NCBI GenBank assembly: GCA_020350725.1
Contig: CP070719.1
Coordinates: 1,579,404 to 1,643,403, forward strand
DNA: 64,000 nt
Direction of reading: 5' to 3'
Source of the DNA: a bacterium
GTDB taxonomy: Bacteria; BMS3Abin14
The notes beneath the pieces were generated by a model. That model made no database searches and had not been told where the DNA came from. It worked only from the letters and a program-made list of their open reading frames with translations. Position numbers and translations under genes: made by a program. Below, piece by piece: positions 1 to 10,902 of the stretch (its first letter is position 1; each line of letters opens with the position of its first letter).

Positions 1-2057
1 TCACGGCCCTCAAGGGCGTGGGAGACAAGGTAGCCCGGAAACTGGAATCTCTTGGAATTGGGGTGGTCGAGGACCTGCCCTTTTTCCTCCCCCGAGCCTA
101 TCAGGACAGGACACACCCTCAGCCCATAACATCGCTCTTACCGGGGACCGTAGCGACGGTTCGGGGACAGGTTCTGTCGTTGCGTGAGAGACGCTACCGA
201 AGAAGGGTGACCCTGGAGATGATGGTATCCGACGGCCGGGGCGTTCTGATCGTCAAGTGGTTCCACTTCAGCAGATGGTTAAAGCGCAATCTCGAGCAGA
301 GGTTCCCGGTCGGTGGGGAGATCCTCGCTACCGGCAGGACGGATTCCTACGCAGGGGTTCTGGAGATGCATCATCCCGATCTGGCGGAGGTCGATGAAGA
401 CGGAGGAGAGGGTATCGTACCCATATACCCCCTCACCGAGGGAGTGACCCAACGGCAGATGAGGACGATCGTGGCGAGGGCCCTGGAAAGGACCCTCGAA
501 AAGATCCATGACCCTCTTCCGGAAAGGACCCTCCAACGGCACCGTCTTCCCGATCTCCGAAACGCTCTCATGGGTGTTCACAGGCCACCGGCCGGCAGCG
601 ACGTTGAAGCACTTAACGGGGGTGACAGTCCCTGTCACAGGCGCCTGAAGTTCGGAGAGCTCTTCTTCTTCCAGCTCGGTGTTCTCCACAGAAAGCATGT
701 TCTGGAATCCTGCCGTGCGGTCTCCCTCCCGGCGGATACCTCCCTTGAGAGTTCCTTCCTGAGATCCCTGCCTTTTACTCTCACCTCTGCCCAGAGAAGG
801 GTCCTGGATGAGATCGGAAGGGATCTGGAGAAGGAGGTGCCCATGCATCGTCTTCTCCAGGGAGATGTGGGTTCGGGCAAGACCCTCGTCGCTTTTATGG
901 CCATGCTGCGGGCCGCCGCGTCAGGCCGCCAGGCCGTCCTCATGGCGCCGACGGAGATCCTCGCGGAGCAGCACTTCAGGAACATGGTCATCTGGTCGGA
1001 TGGTTTCGGAGTCGGTATCCACCTGATCACCGGCGGCGTCACGGGGGACCAGAGAAGGGAGGCACTGCTTCGGGCGCGGGAGGAGGGGCCGGCCATCTTT
1101 GTCGGGACCCATGCGCTGATCCAGGAAGGGGTGTCCTTCCGGTCCCTCGCCCTTGCGGTGGTTGACGAACAGCATCGTTTCGGTGTCATGCAAAGGCTGA
1201 CACTTCGGGATAAGGGCCGATCGCCCCATTTTCTTGTCATGACGGCCACACCGATCCCCAGAAGCATGGGTATGGTTCTCTATGGGGATCTCGATATCTC
1301 GACCATCGACGAGCTTCCCCCGGGACGGAAAACGGTGGTCACCCAGATCCTGGGGGAATCGGACAGGGCCAAGCTCCATCTGTCCATTGCCAAAGAGGTA
1401 AAGGAGGGCCGGCAGGTCTACATCGTCTATCCCCTCGTGGAGGAAACGGATCGTTCAGCGCTCCTGGCCGCAAGGGAGATGGCGGAAAAGTACCGGGATA
1501 AGATCTTTCCCAACATGAGGATCGGCCTGCTGACGGGAAGAATGCCTCCAAGGGAAAAAGAGGAGGTCATGGGCGCCTTCCGCGAGGGACATTACCAGGT
1601 TCTAGTGGCCACCACGGTTATCGAGGTCGGTGTGGACGTGCCCAACGCCACCCTCATGGTTGTCGAGCATGCAGAGAGGTTCGGTCTGTTTCAACTCCAT
1701 CAGCTCCGGGGCAGGGTCGGCAGGGGAGGGCATCAGTCGAGGTGCATCCTGATGACGGGTCCTCAGATTTCGGGGGAGGCGATGGAGAGGCTGCAGGCCA
1801 TGGCGAGGACTGAGTCCGGTTTCGAGATCGCCGAGGAGGATCTCCGCATCCGGGGTCCGGGTGATTTCCTGGGGACCCGGCAGTCCGGAATGCCCGACTT
1901 TCGTTACGCCCATCCCCTGGTTGACAGGGATCTCCTCGCTGACGCGAGGGAGGAGGCCGACAGGGTCCTCGCCGAGGGGGCCCAGATACCGGCTCCCCTC
2001 GCGAAAGAGGTGGAGAGAATTTGGGCCGGGCGGCTGAATGTCGCAGTGTCAGGGTAG
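1..2057 (+). CDS. recG: ATP-dependent DNA helicase RecG (5' partial, frame open from nt 3)
   Basis: Frame is open to the window start (TALKGVGDKVARKLESLGIGVVEDL). Walker A GDVGSGKT, DEQH box (VVDEQHRFGV), helicase C motif QLHQLRGRVGRG, and the C-terminal RecG-type domain are present. Confidence 0.9.
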   Translation, partial: TALKGVGDKVARKLESLGIGVVEDLPFFLPRAYQDRTHPQPITSLLPGTVATVRGQVLSLRERRYRRRVTLEMMVSDGRGVLIVKWFHFSRWLKRNLEQRFPVGGEILATGRTDSYAGVLEMHHPDLAEVDEDGGEGIVPIYPLTEGVTQRQMRTIVARALERTLEKIHDPLPERTLQRHRLPDLRNALMGVHRPPAGSDVEALNGGDSPCHRRLKFGELFFFQLGVLHRKHVLESCRAVSLPADTSLESSFLRSLPFTLTSAQRRVLDEIGRDLEKEVPMHRLLQGDVGSGKTLVAFMAMLRAAASGRQAVLMAPTEILAEQHFRNMVIWSDGFGVGIHLITGGVTGDQRREALLRAREEGPAIFVGTHALIQEGVSFRSLALAVVDEQHRFGVMQRLTLRDKGRSPHFLVMTATPIPRSMGMVLYGDLDISTIDELPPGRKTVVTQILGESDRAKLHLSIAKEVKEGRQVYIVYPLVEETDRSALLAAREMAEKYRDKIFPNMRIGLLTGRMPPREKEEVMGAFREGHYQVLVATTVIEVGVDVPNATLMVVEHAERFGLFQLHQLRGRVGRGGHQSRCILMTGPQISGEAMERLQAMARTESGFEIAEEDLRIRGPGDFLGTRQSGMPDFRYAHPLVDRDLLADAREEADRVLAEGAQIPAPLAKEVERIWAGRLNVAVSG

Positions 2058-2383
2058 AGCTTTATCAACAGGTTATTTTATGGGATAGTTGGCATCGGAA
2101 TTTCCTCGGGCTCTTGCCTCGAGCGGGGGTATAAATCCTGCCATAATCGACAATAAATGCTGTAACTATTTGAAATATATAAATTATGGGTAATGCCTAA
2201 AAGTTGTGCAATCTGGATGAAACCGCGATAAGTGATGTTTCGACCCGTTCTTTTCACAGGGTATTCCACGACCTATCCACAATTTCTGTGGAAAAGAAAA
2301 AGGAACCCTTATTTTCCAGCAGTTTATGCCCTGCGGTAGGTCCTGGATGAATGTCAGAGGATGAAAACAGGAAAGGAGAGAAG

Positions 2384-2812
2384 ATGCCAGGCATTGAGAG
2401 AACCCTGTCGATCGTTAAGCCCGACGGAGTGGAAAAGGGAGTCATCGGCGATGTCCTCACCAGGTTCGAGAGGGCAGGCCTGAAGATCGTGGCCGCCAGG
2501 ATGGTACAGCTTTCGGTCTCTGAGGCGGGCGGCTTCTATACAGTGCACAGGGAGCGACCCTTCTACGGGGAACTGAAGGAATACATGGCATCCGGCCCTA
2601 TCCTCGTACTGGTGCTGGAGGGGGAGAACGCCGTAACCATGACCAGGGAGATCATGGGGGCCACGGATCCCCGTGAGGCCGCTCCCGGCACGATTCGGGC
2701 CGATCATGCGGAGAGCATTGAGAGGAATGTCGTTCACGGTTCCGATTCGCCGGAATCGGCGGCCTTCGAGATCCCTTACTTCTTCCCGGAGATTGAGGTC
2801 TATTCCTATTGA
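2384..2812 (+). CDS. ndk: nucleoside diphosphate kinase
   Basis: [11 protein letters not shown]...NVVHGSDS matches NDK across its full length. The internal ATG at 2384 is preceded by AAAGGAGAG, so the ORF-track start at 2351 is probably too far upstream. Confidence 0.9.
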   Translation: MPGIERTLSIVKPDGVEKGVIGDVLTRFERAGLKIVAARMVQLSVSEAGGFYTVHRERPFYGELKEYMASGPILVLVLEGENAVTMTREIMGATDPREAAPGTIRADHAESIERNVVHGSDSPESAAFEIPYFFPEIEVYSY

Positions 2813-2962
2813 AAGGGTTACAGCAGTCAGGTTACCGATGGTCAGAACACGGAAGGATGACCATATACGCAGAGATAGATCCGGTCTCAGGCAAAGACCT
2901 CCATCGTCGCCTGCTATTGCCCGGGACGGATGACTGGTGTCCTTCGGGATACTGAATGACTT

Positions 2963-4015
2963 ATGATGAAACGGAACTTCTTCGACCTGAAATTGAGTGA
3001 CCTGTCGGGGGTCCTCTCCGACATGGACCCGAAACCCTTCCGCCTCGGCCAGGTCCTCCGTTGGGCCTATGTCATGGGCGCAGACGGGTTCGATCTCATG
3101 ACGGACATGCCCAAGGACCTGAGGGATAAGCTCGACGAAGTCCTCGACCTGAGTCCCATGGCCGTCCTCGATGAACTTAGGTCCCGGGACGGTAGCGTGA
3201 AATGGCTTTACGGCCTTCACGACGGCGAGCTGGTGGAGTCGGTCATGATCCGGGAGGAGGGTCACAATACCTTATGCGTGTCCACCCAGGCGGGCTGCGG
3301 CATGGGATGCACCTTCTGTGAAACCGCAACCGTCGGTCTGAGGAGAAACCTCTCCCTGGGAGAGATCACGGCCCAGGTGGCCTACGCCATTCGAACCCTG
3401 GAGGGCCGAAACAGGCTCAGGAACCTCGTGTTTATGGGCATGGGCGAGCCCCTGAAGAACCTCGACGCCCTCGTCCCGGCCCTTGAGAACATCCTCGACC
3501 CCTCAGGCTTCGACTACAGCCCCAGGAGGGTAACCGTCTCCACATGCGGTTGGGTTCCCGGGATCGTTCGTCTGGCCAAGGAAGGCCTGGGTGTGAACCT
3601 CGCCATCTCTCTGAATGCGCCCGATGATTCCATTCGGGACCTTCTCATGCCGGTCAACAGGAAATATCCCCTCGCTCAACTGATGGAGGCAGTCCGGGCC
3701 TATCCCCTTAGGCCGCGCCAGCGGATCACTTTCGAGTACGTCATCATCGGCGGGATCAACGACAGTGACGAACACGCCCTGAAGGTCGCCGGGCTTCTCA
3801 GAGGCATACCCAGCAAGATCAATCTGATATCCTACAACGAGACCTCCGCCCGGTTCAGAAAGCCGGAGGAGGGGCGAATAGAGGGTTTTCAGAGGGTTCT
3901 CCTGTCCCGGGGTTGTCTGGCGACCATTCGCCGGAGCAGGGGTGAGGAGATCGGTGCCGCATGCGGTCAACTCAGAGCCCTTTCCAAAGGAACGGTCCAT
4001 GCCGGAGAAAAATAA
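2963..4015 (+). CDS. rlmN: 23S rRNA/tRNA m2A methyltransferase RlmN (radical SAM)
   Basis: CVSTQAGCGMGCTFCETA radical-SAM cysteine motif. Length and overall similarity fit the RlmN/Cfr family. ndk-rlmN synteny is as in many proteobacteria. Confidence 0.88.
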   Translation: MMKRNFFDLKLSDLSGVLSDMDPKPFRLGQVLRWAYVMGADGFDLMTDMPKDLRDKLDEVLDLSPMAVLDELRSRDGSVKWLYGLHDGELVESVMIREEGHNTLCVSTQAGCGMGCTFCETATVGLRRNLSLGEITAQVAYAIRTLEGRNRLRNLVFMGMGEPLKNLDALVPALENILDPSGFDYSPRRVTVSTCGWVPGIVRLAKEGLGVNLAISLNAPDDSIRDLLMPVNRKYPLAQLMEAVRAYPLRPRQRITFEYVIIGGINDSDEHALKVAGLLRGIPSKINLISYNETSARFRKPEEGRIEGFQRVLLSRGCLATIRRSRGEEIGAACGQLRALSKGTVHAGEK

Positions 4016-5006
4016 GAAAAGGGCACGGAAGCCCGATCCCAAGAGGCCCGACAAGGTCGTCGAACCCGACGAGATCCTCACCGATGACACCGTTACGGAA
4101 GGCTCGGACGAGATAGCCGTTGATGGCCGGGAGGAATCGACTGTCAGCCGAAAGCCCGTTGCCTACGACCCCATCGGCGCCTATTACCAGGAAATCAGAC
4201 ACTACCCGGTTCTGACCAGGGAGGAAGAGAAGGAATTGGCCATCAGCTACCTTGAGGATGGCGAGGTTGACGCAGCCTACAGCCTGGTCACCTCAAACCT
4301 TCGCCTTGTCATCAAGATCGCCATGGAGTACCGGCGCCTCTGGAAGGAGATCGTCGATCTGATCCAGGAGGGGAACGTCGGCCTCATGCAGGCTGTCAAG
4401 AAATACGACCCCTATCGCGGCGTCCGCTTCTCCTCCTATGCAGCATGGTGGATCCGGGCCTACATCATAAGATACATCATGAACAACACCAGAATGGTTA
4501 AGATCGGAACGACCCAGGCCCAGCGGACCCTCTATTTTCAGATGGGACGGGAAAGAGAGCGGCTCAGGCGGATGGGGATCGAGCCCGACAGCAAGGCCAT
4601 TGCCAAATCCCTGAGCGTCAAGGAGTCGGAAGTGGAAGAGATGGCAAAGCGTTTGCGGGGGGGCGACGTATCCCTGGACGCGACGCTGGGGGGTATGGAC
4701 AGCGATTTTACCCTTCTCGAAGCCCTTCCGGCTCCCCAGCCGGGCGCCGACGAGATCGTGGCAGACGCACAGGCCAGGAGCGTGTACCTCGAGAAACTGG
4801 CCGAATATGTGGCGGGACTTTCGGAAAGGGACAAAAAGATCTTCACTTCCCGGTGGATGAGGGACGACCCGCTCACCCTCCAGGAGATCGGGGAGCAGTT
4901 GGGCGTCACTCGGGAGAGGGTTCGTCAGCTGGAGGCAAGAATTCTGAAGAACCTGAGAAAGCACCTTGAGGGAGAGGGACTCAGTGCGGAAGACTTTTTC
5001 GCATAG
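3999..5006 (+). CDS. rpoH: RNA polymerase sigma-32 factor (RpoH-like)
   Basis: Sigma-70 regions 2-4 are present. An RpoH-box-like segment VKIGTTQAQRTLYFQMGRE corresponds to E. coli VKVATTKAQRKLFFNLRK. There is a basic, low-complexity N-terminal extension. The likely start is the ATG at 3999 inside the 3942 ORF, which overlaps the end of rlmN. Confidence 0.75.
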   Translation: MPEKNKKRARKPDPKRPDKVVEPDEILTDDTVTEGSDEIAVDGREESTVSRKPVAYDPIGAYYQEIRHYPVLTREEEKELAISYLEDGEVDAAYSLVTSNLRLVIKIAMEYRRLWKEIVDLIQEGNVGLMQAVKKYDPYRGVRFSSYAAWWIRAYIIRYIMNNTRMVKIGTTQAQRTLYFQMGRERERLRRMGIEPDSKAIAKSLSVKESEVEEMAKRLRGGDVSLDATLGGMDSDFTLLEALPAPQPGADEIVADAQARSVYLEKLAEYVAGLSERDKKIFTSRWMRDDPLTLQEIGEQLGVTRERVRQLEARILKNLRKHLEGEGLSAEDFFA

Positions 5007-6459
5007 GGCCATTACAGGGCAGAGGGCCGCCTTTCAAATCCTGGTCCTGGCCGGAGCGTTCCTGCTCGGGGTATCTATCAACGGCCAGACGTGGGCCGAC
5101 GACTTGGCATCCCTCCGGGAAACCAGTGACGCTTTCGTGCAGATCAGCAGAAAGGTCACGCCTTCTGTGGTGAATATCAAGACCTTCCGAAAGGTCGGGG
5201 GCCGGGGATATGACCTCAGCGACAGGGTTTTCGGCGACATGCTCGAGCCCTTCAGAGAATTCTTCGGCCGGGATTTTACCGAAAGGTTTTTCGGTACTCC
5301 CGATGAAAGAATGGTCCAGCAGGGCCTCGGATCGGGAGTCATCGTCAGGGACGAAGGAGTCATCCTGACGAACAACCACGTGATCCGAGGTGCGGATGAG
5401 ATCCTCGTGACCCTCGGAGACAGGACGGAGCTCAAAGCCCGGGTGATCGGGAGCGATCCCAGGACCGACATCGCTGTCCTCAGGCTTCCGGAGGGAACCT
5501 ATCCTTCCGCCGTGCTCGGCGACTCGGACGCCATCGAGGTCGGTGAGTGGGTGATCGCCATCGGAAACCCCTTCGGCCTCGGTCAGAGCGTCACCGTGGG
5601 GGTGGTGAGCGCCAAGGGGAGAGCCAACGTGGGTGTGGCGGACCTGGAGGATTTTATCCAGACGGACGCAGCCATCAACCCGGGCAACAGCGGCGGCCCG
5701 CTGATCGATCTGGACGGCAGGATTGTGGGTATCAACACGGCCATTTTCAGCCGCAGTGGAGGATATCAGGGAATCGGTTTCGCCGTACCCGTCAATATGG
5801 CCAGGGCCGTCATGAAGAGTCTCCTCAAGACCGGCCGAATCGTCCGTTCGGACCTCGGGATAAGGGTTCAGGGTGCCACGGAAGCTCTCCTCACCGCCCT
5901 CGGGGCTGGCCGCACCAGCGGCGTGATCGTCAGTGAGGTCATCCCCCAGGGGGTCGGTGATGAGGCGGGTATCCTCAGGGGCGATCTGATCACCCGAATC
6001 AAGGGCCGGGAGATCCGGGACACCGATTCCTACTACCGTATCGTCAGCCTGCTTCCCATAGGGGAGGAGGTGCCGGTGGTGGTCATGCGGGACGGACTTC
6101 CATTGACGGTTATGGTCAAGGTGGGAGAACTACCCTCCCGTCCCCAGGACACGTCCATTAGACTGCGAACGGCCCTGGGTTTCTCCGTCGAGGAGCTCAC
6201 CGAGGAAAATGCGGAGAGGTTGGGGTACCGGTACGACAGCGGGGTCCTGATAACCAGGGTTGTGCGGATGGGTCAGGCTGACCGGTCCGGCCTTGAGCCG
6301 GGGGATCTCATCATCGGTTTGAACGACGCCCGGTCTCCCGACCTGGATACCTTCCGTGAGTTGTTCGAGGGCATTGACTGGGGAGAAGAAGTCAGATTGG
6401 TCGTCAAGAGGGCCGGCAGGACCTTCACGGTGACCATGGTCCTCAGGCAGGAGGGTTAG
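4966..6459 (+). CDS. degP: periplasmic serine endoprotease DegP/HtrA (trypsin domain plus 2 PDZ)
   Basis: Signal peptide, catalytic GNSGGPL motif, His/Asp context, and two PDZ-like C-terminal domains. The start is non-ATG (TTG at 4966 or GTG at 4984) and overlaps the end of rpoH. An rpoH-degP arrangement is logical for a heat-shock regulon. Confidence 0.88.
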   Translation: MRERDSVRKTFSHRAITGQRAAFQILVLAGAFLLGVSINGQTWADDLASLRETSDAFVQISRKVTPSVVNIKTFRKVGGRGYDLSDRVFGDMLEPFREFFGRDFTERFFGTPDERMVQQGLGSGVIVRDEGVILTNNHVIRGADEILVTLGDRTELKARVIGSDPRTDIAVLRLPEGTYPSAVLGDSDAIEVGEWVIAIGNPFGLGQSVTVGVVSAKGRANVGVADLEDFIQTDAAINPGNSGGPLIDLDGRIVGINTAIFSRSGGYQGIGFAVPVNMARAVMKSLLKTGRIVRSDLGIRVQGATEALLTALGAGRTSGVIVSEVIPQGVGDEAGILRGDLITRIKGREIRDTDSYYRIVSLLPIGEEVPVVVMRDGLPLTVMVKVGELPSRPQDTSIRLRTALGFSVEELTEENAERLGYRYDSGVLITRVVRMGQADRSGLEPGDLIIGLNDARSPDLDTFRELFEGIDWGEEVRLVVKRAGRTFTVTMVLRQEG

Positions 6460-6704
6460 GGCCAACGACCGAGGCCGGAAGGGTCCAGCGCCCAGAGACC
6501 GGAGAGGGCTCTGGACATGGCGGTACGAGGATGCGGGGACAAGGGGATGAACAGACAGGAGAAAGAGTTCCATATTCCATGTTTCAAACGTGGCCTGGCA
6601 ACCGGGAACGGGAGATTGAGCACCATCCTCCTGGAATCTGGACCGGGTGTCCGGATAGTGGAGTGTGGAATTCGGATTAAAATGAGCAGAGGACCTGACT
6701 CTTC

Positions 6705-7469
6705 ATGATCTCAATCAGGGGCATGACCAAATTCTACGGCTCATTCGAGGCGGTTCACGACCTGAACCTCGAGGTTCGGTCGGGTGAGGTCTTCGGCTTT
6801 CTCGGGCCCAACGGTGCCGGTAAGACGACCACCATCCGCGTCCTCGCGGGGCTTCTTCCCCCGACGGAGGGGCAGGTTGTCGTGGCCGGCAAGGACGTGG
6901 TCAAAGAGCCCCTGATGGCCAAGTCCGCTACGGGATTCATACCCGACACACCTTTCCTGTTCGAGAGATTGACGGGGAGGGAGTTCATCCGGTTCTCGGG
7001 CCGACTGTACGGGATGTCCGCAGCGGAACTGGACAGGGAGGGAGAGCGGCAGCTGGAATTTTTCGAACTCACCGAGTGGGCGAACCAACTTATCGAGGGC
7101 TATTCCCACGGCATGAAGAAGCGTCTCGCCATGGCTGCTTCACTCCTTCACAGCCCGGAGGTGATCATCGTGGACGAGCCCATGGTAGGATTGGACCCGC
7201 TGGGTGCGAGGAAAGTCCGGAACCTCTTCCGGCAGCTGGCGGAAAGCGGAGTGACCGTCTTTCTGACCACTCACGAACTTTCCACGGCCGAGGCCGTGTG
7301 CGACAGGATGGCCATCATCCATCACGGCAGGCTTGCGGCCCTGGGCACCGTAGAGGAGCTGGCGGCACGGGCAATGTCCCCGGGTTCCCCCCTGGAGGAG
7401 ATCTTCCTCCGCCTGACCATCGAAGGGGCCGCCCACGATCACGGAATGGCGACCAATGGCGTCCCTTAG
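6705..7469 (+). CDS. ABC transporter ATP-binding protein
   Basis: Walker A GPNGAGKTT, ABC signature SHGMKKRL, Walker B IIVDEP. Confidence 0.9.
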   Translation: MISIRGMTKFYGSFEAVHDLNLEVRSGEVFGFLGPNGAGKTTTIRVLAGLLPPTEGQVVVAGKDVVKEPLMAKSATGFIPDTPFLFERLTGREFIRFSGRLYGMSAAELDREGERQLEFFELTEWANQLIEGYSHGMKKRLAMAASLLHSPEVIIVDEPMVGLDPLGARKVRNLFRQLAESGVTVFLTTHELSTAEAVCDRMAIIHHGRLAALGTVEELAARAMSPGSPLEEIFLRLTIEGAAHDHGMATNGVP

Positions 7470-9153
7470 AAGGGTGGGTTTCGTTCGTTCACTGTCCCTT
7501 CTCCTCGGTTATCGGGTCAGGGAATTCCTAAACCTTTTTCTGTTCAGGGGGAGAAGGATCTGGGGGTGGAGCGCCTCCGTCCTTCTTCTCGGAGTTCTCT
7601 TCATCTGGTTCGATTATCTATTCTTTGCCAAACTCATCGTCGCCATCCAGGAGAGATTGGAGTTCCTCGCCCCGTACATGCTCCAGCAATTGATCCATAC
7701 CCTCTTTCTCTCCTTTTTCGGGCTCCTCGCTCTGTCCAGCATGGCTTCGGCCGTATCGGGATACTACATGAGCAGGGAGATACCTTTCCTGATAACCACT
7801 CCTGTCTCGCCGACAGCTTTCATCCTTCAGAGATCCTGGCTTGTTTTTATGCAGAGTGCCTGGATGATCCTGGTCTTCGGGACGCCGCCCTTTTTCGCCT
7901 ACGCCAATCGTCTCGGCCTCGGCCGTGACTTCATCACAGGGTGGTTCCCCGTGTTCCTGCTGCTGGTCCTCATTCCGGTCCTCATCGGTTCCGCTCTGGC
8001 CATTGTCCTGATGAGCATCCTGCCCGCTTCACGGGTGAGTCAGACCCTCAGTTTTCTCAGCCTTGCCGTCGGGGCGCTGATCGTCATCCTGTTCAGGATG
8101 AGCCGGCCGGAGCGCCTCTTCATGGACGTTCCGGAGGAACAGGTCATGGACTTCGTGAGAGCCATGTCCGTCCCCGAATCGCCCCTCATGCCGACGAGCT
8201 GGGCTACGGCAGCGGTTGTCAATCTCGGTCTGGACGGGAGCAGGGATATCTATTTTCTCAATCTCCTGTATCTGGTCGCTGCCGCGGCCGGGTGCGCCCT
8301 GCTCTTCTACATCGTGTTCCGCCTGCTTTACTGGAGGGGCCTCTCCTCCATTGAGGAGGGACGTATAAGGAAAAGCCCTGGAAGCATCACTCGAATGGAA
8401 TCTTCAGCTGAGAGGCTGCCGCCCGTCATAGGGTCCTACCTGATCAAGGACATCCTGATCTTTGTCAGGGATCCCGCCCGGTGGACCCAGCTTTTCCTCC
8501 TGGTGGCCCTAGTGGTCCTCTATGTCTACAATGCGCGCAGTTTCCCCATGGGCGGTTATTTCTACCGGAACCTGGTGGCCTTCCTCAACCTGGCCATCAG
8601 CGGTTTCGTCCTCTCGGCCCTGTGTGTGAGGTTTGTCTTCCCGTCCGTGAGCCTCGAGGGGCGGAGCCTCTGGGTGACCATGGCGGCACCTGTGCCCATG
8701 AGGAAATTTTTTCTGGCTAAATACATCTTTGCCTCCATTCCCCTGTGCCTGATCTCGCTCCTCCTCTCCCTCTCCACCAACCTGGTCATGCGGGTTGACG
8801 GTCATATGATCGTTCTCTTTACGGGGGCCTCCCTGGCCATGGCCCTTGCCCTGGTTGGACTGAACCTGGGGCTGGGGGCCGTCTTTCCCCATTTCCGATA
8901 TGAGAACGAGGCCCAGATACCGGCCTCCCCAGGCGGCGTGATCGCCATGATCCTGAGCCTCACCTACGTGGGTTTTATGGTCATATTCCTGGCCGCCCCC
9001 GTCTACAGGTTCTTTGCCGAGCCGATGGGCATGTCAGCCCTGACTCGGGGCGACTCTATTGCCGGGCTGACAGGTGCCGCCGTCCTCTCTGTGGTAACCG
9101 CCATAGTGCCTGTGGGTATGGGATTGAACAGGGTCGGGCATTGGGAGAAGTGA
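7456..9153 (+). CDS. ABC exporter permease, large polytopic membrane protein
   Basis: 565 aa with about 12 hydrophobic segments. Its start overlaps the ATPase stop (translational coupling). Resembles the putative-ABC-exporter permease family. Confidence 0.7.
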   Translation: MASLRRVGFVRSLSLLLGYRVREFLNLFLFRGRRIWGWSASVLLLGVLFIWFDYLFFAKLIVAIQERLEFLAPYMLQQLIHTLFLSFFGLLALSSMASAVSGYYMSREIPFLITTPVSPTAFILQRSWLVFMQSAWMILVFGTPPFFAYANRLGLGRDFITGWFPVFLLLVLIPVLIGSALAIVLMSILPASRVSQTLSFLSLAVGALIVILFRMSRPERLFMDVPEEQVMDFVRAMSVPESPLMPTSWATAAVVNLGLDGSRDIYFLNLLYLVAAAAGCALLFYIVFRLLYWRGLSSIEEGRIRKSPGSITRMESSAERLPPVIGSYLIKDILIFVRDPARWTQLFLLVALVVLYVYNARSFPMGGYFYRNLVAFLNLAISGFVLSALCVRFVFPSVSLEGRSLWVTMAAPVPMRKFFLAKYIFASIPLCLISLLLSLSTNLVMRVDGHMIVLFTGASLAMALALVGLNLGLGAVFPHFRYENEAQIPASPGGVIAMILSLTYVGFMVIFLAAPVYRFFAEPMGMSALTRGDSIAGLTGAAVLSVVTAIVPVGMGLNRVGHWEK

Positions 9154-9411
9154 CAGGCCAAGTGGGATGCTCCATGAGTAATTTCCCAGAGTACAGAACG
9201 GCCTGAATTTTCAAAATCCTGGATCAGAGACCGGATTCAGAATCCACCTGACCAGTGCCCGGAACATCCTTCCCTATTTGACTAAATTCCGGGTTTGAGA
9301 TAAACCTCCCTTTGTCGAAGAGGGTTAAGTTAGGCATCTTGAACGGAGGTCATGGAAAGTGGCCCACAGTCATCAAGCCCTGGATCAAGATGTCCCTGTT
9401 GAAAAATACCA

Positions 9412-10083
9412 ATGACAGAAGGAACCAACAATCCTCTCAAGGCTACCATGATCGTGCTGGCGATCGTGTGTTGTTTTGCCTCCGCGACGTTCATCCTGGA
9501 TGACGAGACAGTCTTGGCAATCGTTCAAGAGGGTGGGCCTGTGGAAACGGCCTCTGCCGTGTTTCATCTCACGGGAGCGGTTCTGGCGGCCTTTCTCTCC
9601 TTTCGATTTGTCTGGAGGAGAGGGCTTCTATTGTCAATGTGTCTTCTTTTAATGGGCTTAAGGGAACTCGACTTCCATGTCAAATTCACTACCATGGGGA
9701 TTTATAAGCAAAACTTTTTTACCAGTCCTGAAGTCCCTTTGATCGAGAAAACCATTGTTACTGTTATTCATCTCCTGACAGTCATTCTGGTGATCTTCGT
9801 CATTCACTTCTTCCGCCGTTCGCTTGTGGATGGTATTAGAAACCATCGCTCCTACACCGTCACGACGCTGGCAGCTCTTCTTCTTCTTCCTTTCAGCAAA
9901 TTATTGGATTCTGGCATCACCTTCCTCACCCATGACATGAGCTTGGAACTCCCCGTGCGCATTAGGCTCTCCTGGGCGGTTCTGGAGGAGACGATCGAAA
10001 TGGGGCTCGCGCTTCTGTTTGTCGTTGCTTTAGTTCAATGGTGGATGGCTCTTCGAGGCGAAGCTCTGGAGACGCAGTCCTAG
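9412..10083 (+). CDS. hypothetical integral membrane protein
   Basis: 223 aa with 5-6 predicted TM helices. No recognisable motif. Confidence 0.5.
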   Translation: MTEGTNNPLKATMIVLAIVCCFASATFILDDETVLAIVQEGGPVETASAVFHLTGAVLAAFLSFRFVWRRGLLLSMCLLLMGLRELDFHVKFTTMGIYKQNFFTSPEVPLIEKTIVTVIHLLTVILVIFVIHFFRRSLVDGIRNHRSYTVTTLAALLLLPFSKLLDSGITFLTHDMSLELPVRIRLSWAVLEETIEMGLALLFVVALVQWWMALRGEALETQS

Positions 10084-10251
10084 GGCCATGAAGAAAAAAA
10101 CCCTGGAAGAGCAAGACGGACTCAACTGCCATCCATCTCTTTTTCGATTAGCCAATAGATACGGGAAGGGACCCCTTGTCGGGTATGAAATGTCGGTGAC
10201 GGGATGTCAGGACAAGCCCTCAGCTATCAGCCGCAAAATGCTTGATTCCGT

Positions 10252-10707
10252 TTGACCAAACACCCAACCGGGGTTGGCCTGCCAAGGGCAGAGGGGAGAA
10301 GATCCGTCGTTATGGGCGTTTCGGATGCTGACAGAAGGAACCTCTTGGCACTGCTGGACCGGCTTGCTGAACTGGAGCCTGAAGAGCTGCTTGACCATTT
10401 CACAACAGAAAATATTCAGGCTGTCAGAAGGGCGATCGAAGAGATCAAGGGAGATGTGACCATCGAGGCCACGATCTCCAGCCGGCGCTTCGTGGCGATC
10501 GTAAGGGAACTCAGTGAGGCGAAATCGATCTGGTCCGAGAAATGGAGCCAGACCATGAAAACGGTGGATGAACTATCGGGTAAAGGCAAGGAGGATCAGG
10601 CGTTGACAGTCCTGAGGGGATTTATCCGCTTCTGCCCATCGCCTTACTACCGCGCTCTGGGGAAGAAAATCCTGCGGAAGATGGAAGAGGAGGAGGAAAT
10701 CCAATGA
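10252..10707 (+). CDS. hypothetical protein (acidic C-terminus)
   Basis: Intact 151-aa ORF (possible internal start MGVSDADRR near 10312) with coding-like composition. No family recognised. Confidence 0.45.
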   Translation: MTKHPTGVGLPRAEGRRSVVMGVSDADRRNLLALLDRLAELEPEELLDHFTTENIQAVRRAIEEIKGDVTIEATISSRRFVAIVRELSEAKSIWSEKWSQTMKTVDELSGKGKEDQALTVLRGFIRFCPSPYYRALGKKILRKMEEEEEIQ

Positions 10708-10902
10708 GCCAGAATCCGGAAAGATAGTTTCCGGGCAACCGTTCCCAATCGGGGTACCGCCGAGAGTCGCGACTCCTCATGGCGCATTGGATAATGGACC
10801 CGTTCCGCCTCTTCGCCTTCGTCCCATTCCCGAGCTTGCTGAGGGATCGCTCCCCCGGCGGTTTTTACCGGCTCCCGGATGCCGGCTTCTGACTCCCGCT
10901 CT